Part shown: piece by piece, positions 18,380-27,577 of the stretch | How positions within the stretch are numbered: position 1 is the stretch's first letter | Layout: every line of letters begins with the position of its first letter | Origin: an uncultured Candidatus Saccharibacteria bacterium | GTDB lineage: Bacteria > Patescibacteriota > Minisyncoccia > Phycocordibacterales > JACOZG01 | DNA: 64,000 bases | Assembly (NCBI GenBank): GCA_965230925.1 | Contig: OZ246403.1 | Span: 394,455-458,454 of the forward strand | Direction: 5' to 3' | Position numbers and translations under genes: made by a program | The notes under the pieces: generated by a model | Told to the model about the DNA's origin: nothing | The model's input: only the letters and a program-made list of their open reading frames with translations | Databases searched by the model: none

Positions 18380-19927
18380 ATGAATCAACAGACAAGATCC
18401 GATCGCGTGGAAGTCGCGGCGCTTGCTCTGCTTGTTCTTTTTGGTATCTCACTGCTCGCCAATAATCATTGGGATGGAAGCGTGCCGGGAACTCAAACCG
18501 CGCGCAGTAAGCCACCGGCGTTGGTGGTTCCAGTCATAACACCTGAAGTTTCTCTTCAGCCCAGCGAAGCTCTTCCTCAAGTCCACACTTACTACGTGAG
18601 CCCCGCCGGTAATGACGCCAACAACGGTTCTCTCGCCGCGCCTTGGCGGACAATTCAAAAAGCGGCCAATGTGGTTAACCCTGGCGACACGGTATATGTG
18701 CGCGCTGGTGTTTACGGTCCTTACAATAATGGCAATGACGTCGCCGTCTTTACTCGTTCTGGAACCGCGAGCGCCCCGATTACCTTCAAGAATTATCCGG
18801 GTGAAGCTCCGGTAATTGAAACCATGGTAAACGGCGCCCGGAAAGAACGCGGCTTTTATATCAACCAAGCTGCCCACCTCATTATTAGTGGCTTCGAAAT
18901 CCGCGGGGCTAAGCGCGCCGGAATTAGAATTACCGGCGGCGACTTCGTGACGATCGAAGATAATAAGGTTCACGATATCCGCGACACCGCGAGCGTCAAC
19001 ACCGTCGTCGGTGGCATTATGGTGCTCAATGATTTTTCTCGGGCCAATATTATCCGGCGAAACGAGGTTTACGATACCAGCCGCGGTATTATTGTCCGCA
19101 ATGAAGGCGGGGTACCTATTGAGGGAGCGGTGGTAGAGAAAAATTATATCCACGACACTCATTGGTGGAATGCGAGCAATGTTTATGACGATAAAAATGC
19201 CGATGGTGTGGTCTGCAATACCACCGTTGGAATGATTGTACGGCAGAATGTAATTACTCACTCGGGTGATGACGGTATTGATTGTTACGATTCCGACGCG
19301 GCCATTATTGAGCAAAACACTGTTTTCAACTCTGGGGACATTCTCTCCGGCTCACCAGCGGGGGCAAACGGTGATGGGAATGGAATTAAAGTTTCTACCG
19401 GCGGTGGTGGTGGGCACTTAATTACTCGCAACATCGCCTTCAATAATGAACGTGCCGGCTTTGACCAAGATCATGTGGAAGCGGCAGCTCCGGGCAACAC
19501 CTATTATCACAATGTGAGTTACGGCAATGGTCGCAACGGCTTCCTCCTCGAGCGTACTTCAGCCACACCCAATGTTCTCCGCAACAATATCGCCTTCGGC
19601 AATAATCAAGATAACGGCAATTACACGGATATTAGAATTTCCAATAGCATCTCAACTGTTCAACTTGATAGCAATTTTAACCTCTGGTCAGACGGCGCGA
19701 TGCCAAGCGGGCCGGGCGGCAGTGAAGGATCAAGCTCTATCAGCGGAAATCCGCTCTTTATTAACCCCACCACCCTTGGCATCAATTTAAATATGAATAG
19801 TCCGCAATTCGGCTTCGTCCCTGGTTTCAAATTACAAAATAATTCCCCGGCGGTAGACGCTGGGGTAATTATCGAGAGTCACCATCTCGGCGGTAGTGCC
19901 GATATGGGAGCGTACGAGAGTTTCTAA
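18380..19927 (+). CDS. Exported right-handed beta-helix protein (DUF1565 plus PL9-like lyase)
   Basis: YYVSPAGNDANNGSLAAPWRTIQKA, PGDTVYVRAG, NADG, DDGID, GDGNGIK, DMGAYE. Confidence 0.82.
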   Translation: MNQQTRSDRVEVAALALLVLFGISLLANNHWDGSVPGTQTARSKPPALVVPVITPEVSLQPSEALPQVHTYYVSPAGNDANNGSLAAPWRTIQKAANVVNPGDTVYVRAGVYGPYNNGNDVAVFTRSGTASAPITFKNYPGEAPVIETMVNGARKERGFYINQAAHLIISGFEIRGAKRAGIRITGGDFVTIEDNKVHDIRDTASVNTVVGGIMVLNDFSRANIIRRNEVYDTSRGIIVRNEGGVPIEGAVVEKNYIHDTHWWNASNVYDDKNADGVVCNTTVGMIVRQNVITHSGDDGIDCYDSDAAIIEQNTVFNSGDILSGSPAGANGDGNGIKVSTGGGGGHLITRNIAFNNERAGFDQDHVEAAAPGNTYYHNVSYGNGRNGFLLERTSATPNVLRNNIAFGNNQDNGNYTDIRISNSISTVQLDSNFNLWSDGAMPSGPGGSEGSSSISGNPLFINPTTLGINLNMNSPQFGFVPGFKLQNNSPAVDAGVIIESHHLGGSADMGAYESF

Positions 19928-20179
19928 TTACTTACTCGAAGTAGGTTTGGCGATAAGTGAGGCAAGGCGGGACTTCTTGCGGGCGGCGTTGCCGGGCTTA
20001 ATGACCCCGCGCTTGGCGGCCTTGTCGATGGCTTGGTAAGCACCAGGCAAGAGCTTGGCTGATGGCGCCTTCACGAACTCTTTGATCGCATCCTTCATTG
20101 CTCGATCGCGGCGCAGGTTAAACACACGCTTATTGGCGGCAGCGCGGAGAGCCTTCTTGGCTGATTTCGTAATTGGCAT
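19928..20179 (-). CDS. rpsT: 30S ribosomal protein S20
   Basis: MPITKSAKKALR; IDKAAKRGVIKPGNAARKKSRL. Confidence 0.95.
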   Translation of the reverse strand: MPITKSAKKALRAAANKRVFNLRRDRAMKDAIKEFVKAPSAKLLPGAYQAIDKAAKRGVIKPGNAARKKSRLASLIAKPTSSK

Positions 20180-20239
20180 AAGTGGCGCCAGATTAACACT
20201 GGGGCTTAAAAAAGGCAAGAAAAGTGCTACACTGGCCTC

Positions 20240-20830
20240 ATGATCGGCCTCATTAAGGGTGAAGTGGTGGAGAAAACGGAACGGGCTTTGCTACTCGATA
20301 CAGCCTCGCCCCAACAGGGGGGTGGTTTGGGTTACGAGGTCAATGTGTTACCGGGCACGAGAAATACGGCTAAGCTCGGCGAGACTTTAAGCCTCTTTGC
20401 TTATCTCGCCGTGCGCGAGGATGCGCTGGAGCTCTATGGCTTCGCCGATAAAAGAGAATTAGAATTTTTTAAACTACTCATCTCGATCTCGGGCATTGGG
20501 CCAAAAGGTGCGATCGCGGTACTAGCGATCGCACCCCCAGACACGCTCGAGAAAGCCGTGCGCTCGGGCGACACCAATTACCTCACCCGCGTCTCGGGTA
20601 TTGGCAAGAAGCGCGCGGAGAAAATTGTGCTGGAGCTCAAAGATAAGCTCGGGAGCCTCGAGACCGGTGCCGCTGATCACAATCTCCAAGGCGAAGCCGA
20701 CGCCCTCGAAGCCCTGCAATCGCTCGGCTACTCCCTCCCCGAAGCCCGCGAAGCGCTCAAGAAAGTCTCCCCCGACATCACCGACACGAGTGAGAAAGTG
20801 AAGGCGGCGCTGAAGGTGTTGGGAAAATAA
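20240..20830 (+). CDS. ruvA: Holliday junction DNA-binding protein RuvA
   Basis: VREDALELYGF, ISGIGPK, VSGIGKKRAEKIVLELKDK. Confidence 0.96.
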   Translation: MIGLIKGEVVEKTERALLLDTASPQQGGGLGYEVNVLPGTRNTAKLGETLSLFAYLAVREDALELYGFADKRELEFFKLLISISGIGPKGAIAVLAIAPPDTLEKAVRSGDTNYLTRVSGIGKKRAEKIVLELKDKLGSLETGAADHNLQGEADALEALQSLGYSLPEAREALKKVSPDITDTSEKVKAALKVLGK

Positions 20831-20835
20831 ATCAC

Positions 20836-20888
20836 ACCACCCCCCAACCCCCTCCTCCCCAAGGAGGGGTGCCGATAGGCGGGGTGGT
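20836..20888. repeat. REP-like branched palindrome after ruvA
   Basis: ACCACCCC/GGGGTGGT outer stem enclosing CCCCTCCT..AGGAGGGG and GCC-GATA-GGC hairpins. Confidence 0.65.
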
Positions 20889-20894
20889 AGAAAC

Positions 20895-20935
20895 AAAAAA
20901 GAGCGGATAATCTGCCGAAGCAAATCCACCCGCCC
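20895..20935 (-). terminator. Terminator of the micro-ORF 20948-21097
   Basis: GGGCGGGTGGATTTGC-TTCG-GCAGATTATCCGCTC plus TTTTTT. Confidence 0.75.
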
Positions 20936-20947
20936 CCACACCGTGCC

Positions 20948-21097
20948 TTAGCTGTTCGTCTTTTCACGATCAACCAAGGAACTAAAACATTGGCGACAAA
21001 GATCGTGGTCCTTATCGGCCCGGCGCCATCCGGGACGAGACCGTGGTCCACGAAATTCTACCCGAATCTCGCGCCCACATTCACAATACCGTTTAAT
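20948..21097 (-). CDS. 49-aa putative Zn-finger microprotein with ATT start
   Basis: SD AAGGGGGTGA, 6 nt, then ATT; (M)KRYCECGREIRVEFRGPRSRPGWRRADKDHDLCRQCFSSLVDREKTNS; own terminator. Confidence 0.6.
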   Translation of the reverse strand: MKRYCECGREIRVEFRGPRSRPGWRRADKDHDLCRQCFSSLVDREKTNS

Positions 21098-21185
21098 TTG
21101 CTATCACCCCCTTTCCACTTAATTAGAGCACCTTTTGCAAACCAGGGCAATGCTCATCTAGATTATCTATTAATTCCAGAGTAAG

Positions 21186-22451
21186 ATGGCATTAATGCTG
21201 GAGAAAATTTTGGATCTTGGGCGGAAGATTATTCCGCGGTCGGTGTTTGCGGCGCTGCAGCCGATTTATCATTATAAGCTCGCGTTCATTGGCGCGGTGG
21301 TTTATGGCTTCCCAGCGCGGAAGATTAAGGTCGTGTTTGTAACCGGGACGAAGGGCAAAACATCGGTGTGTGAGATGGTTAATGCCGTGCTCGAAGCAAG
21401 CGGGAACAAAACCGCTTTAGCTTCCACGCTCCGCCTCAAGGTTGGCGAGGTAAGCGAGCCCAATAAATTTAAGATGACGATTCGCGGGCGGTTCTTCGTG
21501 CAACGCTTCCTCCGCCGCGCGGTAAATGCCGGCTGCGACTGGGCAATTATCGAGATGACGAGCGAAGGCGCCAAGCAATATCGCCACAAGTTTATTGCGC
21601 CCGAGGCCTTCATCTTCACCAATCTCGCGCCCGAGCATATTGAGTCTCATGGCTCGTATGAGAAGTACCGCGCGGCGAAACTCTCAATCGCGGAAAGTTT
21701 GAAGGATGTGATGATTATTAACAGCGATGACACCGAAGCGGGGAAGTTTTTGGCTTTACCGGCGAAAAGAAAATTAACTTACCGACTCAAAGATGCGCAG
21801 CCGTACCAAGCCACCGATCACGGGATTGAATTTACTTGGCGAGGGCAAAAGTTCCATTCCCCACTCGTCGGTGAGTTTAATCTCGCCAACTGGCTGGCGG
21901 CGCTCGCCTTCGGCGAGAGTCAGAATATTTCGCTGGAGAAAATTAAAGTGGCCGTGGAGAAATTAGATTTAATTAAAGGCCGCGTCGAGAGAATCAAGGC
22001 AATTTCGCCAGCTGGCGAATTCGAAGTCGTCGTAGATTACGCTCACACACCGGACTCGCTCCGCGCGATTTATGGCGCCTTCTCGGGTCGCGGCAAGGTC
22101 TGCGTCCTCGGCAATACCGGCGGCGGGCGCGATAAATGGAAGCGACCCTTGATGGGTCAAATTGCCGCCGAACATTGCCGGCAAATTATTCTTACTGACG
22201 AAGATCCCTATGATGAAGATCCAAAAACTATTCTCGATGAAATGACCCCTCCACTCCGGTCGGGGCAAGTGGCGTGGGAAATCGAACTCGACCGCCGCAC
22301 GGCGATTAGGAAAGCGATTAAAGCAGCGAAGCCTGGCGAAGTGGTAATCATCACCGGCAAAGGCACCGACCCCTACATCATGGGCCCAAATGGCAAAAAA
22401 ACCCCCTGGTCGGATGCGGAAGTGGTGCGGGAGGAACTCGGTTCTATTTAA
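21186..22451 (+). CDS. murE: Mur ligase, MurE-like (lacks the N-terminal domain)
   Basis: VTGTKGKTS, EMTSEG, FTNLAPEHIESHG, VDYAHTPDS, GGGRDKWKR. Confidence 0.88.
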   Translation: MALMLEKILDLGRKIIPRSVFAALQPIYHYKLAFIGAVVYGFPARKIKVVFVTGTKGKTSVCEMVNAVLEASGNKTALASTLRLKVGEVSEPNKFKMTIRGRFFVQRFLRRAVNAGCDWAIIEMTSEGAKQYRHKFIAPEAFIFTNLAPEHIESHGSYEKYRAAKLSIAESLKDVMIINSDDTEAGKFLALPAKRKLTYRLKDAQPYQATDHGIEFTWRGQKFHSPLVGEFNLANWLAALAFGESQNISLEKIKVAVEKLDLIKGRVERIKAISPAGEFEVVVDYAHTPDSLRAIYGAFSGRGKVCVLGNTGGGRDKWKRPLMGQIAAEHCRQIILTDEDPYDEDPKTILDEMTPPLRSGQVAWEIELDRRTAIRKAIKAAKPGEVVIITGKGTDPYIMGPNGKKTPWSDAEVVREELGSI

Positions 22452-22773
22452 TTTCTATCCGCACCGCGTGGTAAGTCTTAGTCGAATCAAGGTTTTCTAC
22501 TGCATGCAAACCTTCTGGTTCTAGCCACTCGATGAAGGGCTTTTCTTTACTCTCCTTCCTCTCCGGATACTCCACGCCTACACCGTCCTCACCGTAATAT
22601 TTAATTCGAGTAGAAGAATCGATCATCATCACACTTGATCGTTCGTGCGTATGCATCGGCTCCTTCTGACCGGGCAGAATTATTACCTCAAGCACCCGCA
22701 CCTTGTCGTTCTCAAATAAGACTTTATGAGAATTTGGGGCAGCTATCACCGCATCTGTTTCATTGGTTTTCAT
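22444..22773 (-). CDS. Cupin-domain protein
   Basis: VLFENDKVRVLEV, EPMHTH, HAVEN. Confidence 0.82.
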   Translation of the reverse strand: MKTNETDAVIAAPNSHKVLFENDKVRVLEVIILPGQKEPMHTHERSSVMMIDSSTRIKYYGEDGVGVEYPERKESKEKPFIEWLEPEGLHAVENLDSTKTYHAVRIEIK

Positions 22774-22856
22774 ATTTTACTGGTAACTATAAAACGGTGG
22801 TGATTTTTAGCAAGGCGGCTTGCAATTTTGCCCTTTAAACCCTAACGTAAACGATC

Positions 22857-23708
22857 ATGCCCGAATTGCCTGAAGTGGAGACGCTGAAGCGGGAACTTTC
22901 GCGGAAGATTATTGGCCAAGAGATTAGTCGCGTGGAAGTGCTGCATCCCAAGATTATTGCCCCCCTTTCCCCCGCCAAAATCAATCGAGAATTAAAGGGC
23001 GAAAAAATTGGGAAGATAGAACGGCGGGCCAAAATTCTGATAATTACTCTTGTTGGTAAAAAAATTATTCTCATTCACCTCAAGATGACAGGGCAACTGA
23101 TCTTCGTAGACGAGAAAAATAATTTAACCATGGGTGGTCATCCGCAAAAGGAACCTTTTACGCACACGCGCCTCATTCTTCATTTCCAAGGCGGGAGTAA
23201 GTTACTCTTCAATGACTTGCGTAAATTTGGCTGGTTCCGACTCTCTCACCCCGACCATTTGGCCGAATTAACTAAGAAAATTGGCCCCGAGCCACTCTTG
23301 AAAAATTTTACGCTTGAGTATTTTCAAACACTTTTTACACGATATCCCAAGCGCAAACTCAAACAACTTTTGCTCGATCAACATCTCATCGCGGGACTCG
23401 GGAATATCTACGTGGACGAGAGTTGCTTCGGCGCCAAGGTGCTCCCCACACGCCTCGCCGGTTCGCTCAAGCCGAGCGAAATTAAAAAACTACATCAAGA
23501 AATTATTCGCATCCTTGCTCTCTCCATTAAGCATGGCGGCACATCCGCGCGCAATTATCGCCGCTCGGATGGCTCGCGCGGCAATTTCTTCAAGCACTTA
23601 CGGGTCTATGGTCGCGGTGGCGAGCAATGTTTGCGTTGTGATGATACTATTGTGAAAATAAAACTTAATGGCCGAGGAACTCATTTCTGCAATCAATGCC
23701 AAATTTAA
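22857..23708 (+). CDS. mutM: Formamidopyrimidine-DNA glycosylase
   Basis: MPELPEVET, HLKMTG, GLGNIY, C-terminal Zn finger. Confidence 0.97.
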   Translation: MPELPEVETLKRELSRKIIGQEISRVEVLHPKIIAPLSPAKINRELKGEKIGKIERRAKILIITLVGKKIILIHLKMTGQLIFVDEKNNLTMGGHPQKEPFTHTRLILHFQGGSKLLFNDLRKFGWFRLSHPDHLAELTKKIGPEPLLKNFTLEYFQTLFTRYPKRKLKQLLLDQHLIAGLGNIYVDESCFGAKVLPTRLAGSLKPSEIKKLHQEIIRILALSIKHGGTSARNYRRSDGSRGNFFKHLRVYGRGGEQCLRCDDTIVKIKLNGRGTHFCNQCQI

Positions 23709-24271
23709 ATCTCAATTACGAAACACGCTTCCTCATTCTCGGGGTGTTTATCCTCGTTTTAATTGGCTTGGCATCAGGACCGGCGAAGACTCTCAACCCA
23801 GTGCAAGCGATAAAAAACGCCGTCAACGAAGTCGCCCAACCCGAGAAATTCATGGGAGTAAAACACTTTCACCTCGGCGAGATCAACGAGTCCGCAGAAA
23901 TAACTTTAGCGAAAAACGAGAAAATCATCCGCTCTTCCGGCTCTTCCCCGCTCGGCGTAAACTTCCAAGTTAATAAGTGCAGCGGTTATCTCAATCAATT
24001 CTTAGCCTTCGAACCGCCACTCGCTCCGCCAGCTGGCGGATGCCCCAAACCCGATCTCACTGCCCTCAATCCCGAGTTACCGGCCAATCAAGAATGCCTT
24101 AACTTTATTAAGACAGTCCCCACCTGCTCCACGCCGCTCCAATTCCCCGCCAATTTATCTGCCAATTGCCAAAATTTTATTAAAGAAGAATTTAATTACA
24201 ATGCCTGCTTTGATGCCAATAAGAACAACATTGATTTCTTATTGCCCGAATGGCGAGTTTACGCTGATTAA
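23696..24271 (+). CDS. Membrane-anchored Cys-rich hypothetical protein
   Basis: TM; NKCSGYL, CPKP, NYNACF, EWRVY. Confidence 0.65.
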   Translation: MPNLNLNYETRFLILGVFILVLIGLASGPAKTLNPVQAIKNAVNEVAQPEKFMGVKHFHLGEINESAEITLAKNEKIIRSSGSSPLGVNFQVNKCSGYLNQFLAFEPPLAPPAGGCPKPDLTALNPELPANQECLNFIKTVPTCSTPLQFPANLSANCQNFIKEEFNYNACFDANKNNIDFLLPEWRVYAD

Positions 24272-24747
24272 ATTCCAAGCAACCTAAACACCGCAATCCC
24301 TGCCGCCGTGGCCACATTAAGCGATTCTTTCTGGCCGCGGAGCGGGATTTCGATAATCGCGTCGCAGAGTTTGAGCACTTTTTGATCTAAGCCATCAGCT
24401 TCATTCCCGAGCACGAGCGCAGTTGAGCCGATTAATTTGAACTTTTTATAATCTATCGAATTCTTGGCCTGCTCCAACGCCACTGTTTTTATTCCTTCAC
24501 TCTTTAATTTTTTTACTAAACTAGAAAAGCTTCTCACTTTTTGCCACTTCACGAGCTGTTCTGCCCCGAGCGCCGTCTTGGCAATTTCTTTATTCGCCTT
24601 ACCAAATTCATCCACCGGCGCCGGCGTATAACCCGTTAAAAAGATCTTTTTAATTACCGCCCCCTCGGCCGTGCGGAAAATCGCGCCCACATTATGCGCG
24701 CTTCTTAAGTTATGGAGAATCAAACTAAGTTCGGCTCTTTTCAACAA
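24268..24747 (-). CDS. SpoU/TrmH RNA methyltransferase
   Basis: HNLRSAHNVGAIFRTA, LVLGNEADG, IPLRGQKESLNVATAAG; TTG start just after tRNA-Lys. Confidence 0.9.
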   Translation of the reverse strand: MLKRAELSLILHNLRSAHNVGAIFRTAEGAVIKKIFLTGYTPAPVDEFGKANKEIAKTALGAEQLVKWQKVRSFSSLVKKLKSEGIKTVALEQAKNSIDYKKFKLIGSTALVLGNEADGLDQKVLKLCDAIIEIPLRGQKESLNVATAAGIAVFRLLGI

Positions 24748-24749
24748 AG

Positions 24750-24822
24750 TCCGCCCGGGGGGAATCGAACCCTCGACCGTCTGCTTAAAAGGCAGCTGCT
24801 CTACCAACTGAGCTACGGGCGG
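24750..24822 (-). tRNA. tRNA-Lys(TTT)
   Basis: CCGCCCG/CGGGCGG acceptor, CTGC-CTTTTAA-GCAG, GGTTCGATTCC. Confidence 0.94.
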
Positions 24823-24843
24823 ATAATACCAATAGTTTACACA

Positions 24844-25494
24844 CTACAAGGCGAGAATCAATTTTTCGAGTCCGATCTCTAAATCTTTTTCGCCACGGCG
24901 GAAGGCGTGGAAAATTTCGACCAGGTCGCGGGATAAACTTTTTAATTCTTCCGTTTCGAAATTCTTGGCCGCAGCTTCAGCCTTACTCGCGACGAAGGGA
25001 TTCAAGGTTTTCAGATTTTCTGGCCCCGCTTTCACCAAGAGCAAATTCTTAATTTGCCATTGGAACTTCCAAAAAATTTCTTCGGCTGGGAGCCCAGTCA
25101 TCAGCGCTTTCTCATACGTCACCCAAAGCTTTTTCCGATCTCGCGCGCCGAGTGCGTCACTTAAAGCAAACACATTGAAGCTCGGTTTACTCACCGCTGG
25201 CTTCGCCTCTTTCACCGTGCCGCCAAATTTAATAACTTTTTTATTTAAAGCTGCGGCGAGTTCTTCTTCTGTCAAAACAAACTTTGTATCCGACTCAACC
25301 AGCCGCGTCAAAAGTTCTTCAATCTCAACTTCAAAATTGGCAATTAGATCTTCACCTTGTACCACAAGCTTCTCGCCGAAAAGTGAATTGCCGTCAATTA
25401 GTTCTTCAAGTTGCGCGCGTGAGAAGTTCTCGCGATTCAATCTCGCAGTATATTCCTGTGCTTTCGGTCTCGTCTTAACGTAAATTTCTAACAT
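24844..25494 (-). CDS. holA: DNA polymerase III delta subunit-like (short HolA)
   Basis: SLFGEK, FNVFALSDALGARD, LNPFVASKA, GLEKLIL. Confidence 0.72.
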   Translation of the reverse strand: MLEIYVKTRPKAQEYTARLNRENFSRAQLEELIDGNSLFGEKLVVQGEDLIANFEVEIEELLTRLVESDTKFVLTEEELAAALNKKVIKFGGTVKEAKPAVSKPSFNVFALSDALGARDRKKLWVTYEKALMTGLPAEEIFWKFQWQIKNLLLVKAGPENLKTLNPFVASKAEAAAKNFETEELKSLSRDLVEIFHAFRRGEKDLEIGLEKLILAL

Positions 25495-26289
25495 TTAAAT
25501 ATCAAGTATCACGCCCACCGGCGCATGATCCGAGCCCATTACTTCGTCCCAGATGAAAGCCTTTTTCACCTTCTCCTTCAAATTCTCGCTGACCCAAAAC
25601 TGATCTATCCGCCAGCCCACATTGCGATCGCGCGCATGTGTTTTCTGATCCCACCAACTATATTGCACCTTCTCCGGATGCAAAAGTCGAAAACTATCAA
25701 TGAAACCGGCCGCCGCAAACTTGTCGAGCCACGCACGTTCAATCGGCATGAAGCCGGATTTCTTCTCATTCTCCTTCGGCCGCGCGAGGTCAATCGGGAA
25801 ATGCGCCGTGTTTACATCGCCGCCAAAAATTATTTTCTTCCCCTTCTTGAGCAAGGCCTTATTGTACTCTAGGAATTCATTATAAAATTTGAGCTTATAA
25901 TTGAGCCGTTCCTCACCCGAGCCGCCATTGGGAAAATAGATGTTTTGATAAATAAAATCGCCGAAGTCGAGCTCGATCATCCGCCCCTCGCGTGTGAGAA
26001 TGCTCGCGTAACCAGACACGGGATTATCGCCAAAATCTTTGGTAAATTTCTTCGGCTTCTCTTTAGTATAAACACCCACGCCGCTGTAACCCTTCTTCTC
26101 TTTCTCAAGATCCCAATAGGCCGTGTAGCCCTCGGGCTCGGTCAGCGCTTGGCTCAAACGCGTGTGATCATCAATCTTCACCTCCTGAATCCCCACCACA
26201 TCGGCTTTACTCTTCGCCAACCACTCTAAAAAACCTTTCTTCTCCGCCGCCCGGATGCCATTCACGTTCCAAGAGATAAACGTTTTCAT
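25495..26289 (-). CDS. xth: Exodeoxyribonuclease III / AP endonuclease
   Basis: SWNVNGIRA, QEVK, YFPNG, GDVNTAH, GWRID, GSDHAPV. Confidence 0.96.
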   Translation of the reverse strand: MKTFISWNVNGIRAAEKKGFLEWLAKSKADVVGIQEVKIDDHTRLSQALTEPEGYTAYWDLEKEKKGYSGVGVYTKEKPKKFTKDFGDNPVSGYASILTREGRMIELDFGDFIYQNIYFPNGGSGEERLNYKLKFYNEFLEYNKALLKKGKKIIFGGDVNTAHFPIDLARPKENEKKSGFMPIERAWLDKFAAAGFIDSFRLLHPEKVQYSWWDQKTHARDRNVGWRIDQFWVSENLKEKVKKAFIWDEVMGSDHAPVGVILDI

Positions 26290-26315
26290 CAGTCGGATTC
26301 TAGCATAAAAGAGAA

Positions 26316-26340
26316 CGCTCCAGCTTTGTGGGCTGGAGCG
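26316..26340 (-). terminator. Hairpin terminator
   Basis: CGCTCCAGC/GCTGGAGCG stem followed by TTCTCTTTT on the minus strand. Confidence 0.6.
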
Positions 26341-26361
26341 AACGAGTAAAAATCCAAACTG

Positions 26362-26562
26362 TTACTGAGAAAATAAAGACCGGTCGAGATGAGGGAAGAA
26401 AATACAGACAATGACCATCCCCGCCATCTCCACCAGAATTAACACAATTGCGATTGTCCGAGAAACACGATAAGCCCGTGATTGTAGTAACATGGGAAAA
26501 AATTCTGACAAAATCACTACAACAAAAAGCCCCAACAAAGAACTGCCGAAAAACAAGTTCAT
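26362..26562 (-). CDS. Small two-TM orphan protein
   Basis: SD GAAAGGAG before ATG 26562; two hydrophobic segments; own terminator. Confidence 0.55.
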   Translation of the reverse strand: MNLFFGSSLLGLFVVVILSEFFPMLLQSRAYRVSRTIAIVLILVEMAGMVIVCIFFPHLDRSLFSQ

Positions 26563-26644
26563 CCTTTCTCCTTTCAGTACCAAATTAACTTATTGTCCTA
26601 CTGACAAGAAACTAACACTGCTATCCCGCGTGAGTCAAATCAAT

Positions 26645-27085
26645 CTACTTAATCTTGGCTTCAAGGAACCAGAGAATGACGAAAACGAAGAGGGTGAGAA
26701 GCGTGGCCATGAGGGCGAGAATATAGAGCTCGAAGCCGCAAGCAAGGCCAATGCCCGCCGCGACCCAGAGACCGGCAGCCGTGGTGAGACCAGAGAGTTT
26801 GGTGTCTTTAAACACAATTAAGCCCGCGCCGAGGAAACCAATCCCCACCACCACCTGACTCGCAATACGCAGTGGATCAAATTGCACTTGCGAAGCCGCT
26901 GGAGCAAGCCTCGCCACCAAGTCGCCAATGGTTACAAAAAGGGCCGCGCCCAAGCTCACCAAAGCATAAGTGCGGAGACCAGCTCGCTTGCGCGCCACCG
27001 TGCGCTCAAGGCCGAGCAAACTACCGAAGAACATTGCGGCGAGTAGTCGCAAGAAGATGCCGCCATACCAAGCCCATAATTCCAT
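26645..27085 (-). CDS. MgtC/SapB family membrane protein
   Basis: GLER, AGLRTY, RIASQVVVGIGFLGAG, GLTTAAGLW. Confidence 0.93.
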   Translation of the reverse strand: MELWAWYGGIFLRLLAAMFFGSLLGLERTVARKRAGLRTYALVSLGAALFVTIGDLVARLAPAASQVQFDPLRIASQVVVGIGFLGAGLIVFKDTKLSGLTTAAGLWVAAGIGLACGFELYILALMATLLTLFVFVILWFLEAKIK

Positions 27086-27112
27086 GCCAATTATTATAGC
27101 AAAGGAAAATAA

Positions 27113-27577
27113 TTAAAACTCAATCTCCCCGCAAGCGATGGGCACTTTCTTCTCTGCTTCATCTAGCACTTCGAGCTTAATCGCGAGGGGTAAACGATCT
27201 TCGAGAGTAGCAAAAGTGAGCGGTAGGCTGGTGAGCGAAGTATTGTTCTGAACTTTGGCGAGAGGATACGCGACCTTGCCGATGAAGGCGCAAGAACCTT
27301 GGTAAATAGTGGCCTCATAAGAAGAATGTGCCGGCGTAGAAGACGCGGTGACCGGCGCATTGAGATTGAGCTCTAAAGAGAGTTCGCCGCCTAGCTCGTT
27401 GAGCACCACGCGGCCGGTGACGCCAGAGTCGCGTTCGCTATTGAGATTAATGCTCAAGGATCGCGGCACTTCGGTATTGATCAACCCAGGGAGATTGGCC
27501 TCGTCGCGATTGAACCACCAGCGAACACCAAGGCCAATGATCACGAGAGAAATGATAACGATAATCGCGCCTTTCAT
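27113..27577 (-). CDS. Membrane-anchored hypothetical protein (CHRD/Cu-Zn-SOD-like fold suspected)
   Basis: TM; SGVTGRVVL, IYQGSC, YPL, IACGEI. Confidence 0.55.
   Translation of the reverse strand: MKGAIIVIISLVIIGLGVRWWFNRDEANLPGLINTEVPRSLSINLNSERDSGVTGRVVLNELGGELSLELNLNAPVTASSTPAHSSYEATIYQGSCAFIGKVAYPLAKVQNNTSLTSLPLTFATLEDRLPLAIKLEVLDEAEKKVPIACGEIEF

Noticed and set aside
18449-19315. 288-aa antisense ORF
   Set aside because: Shadow of the beta-helix gene; no motifs or expression signals.
24748-24807. N-terminal extension of SpoU in the ORF track
   Set aside because: Lies within tRNA-Lys; the family-like sequence begins after the tRNA.
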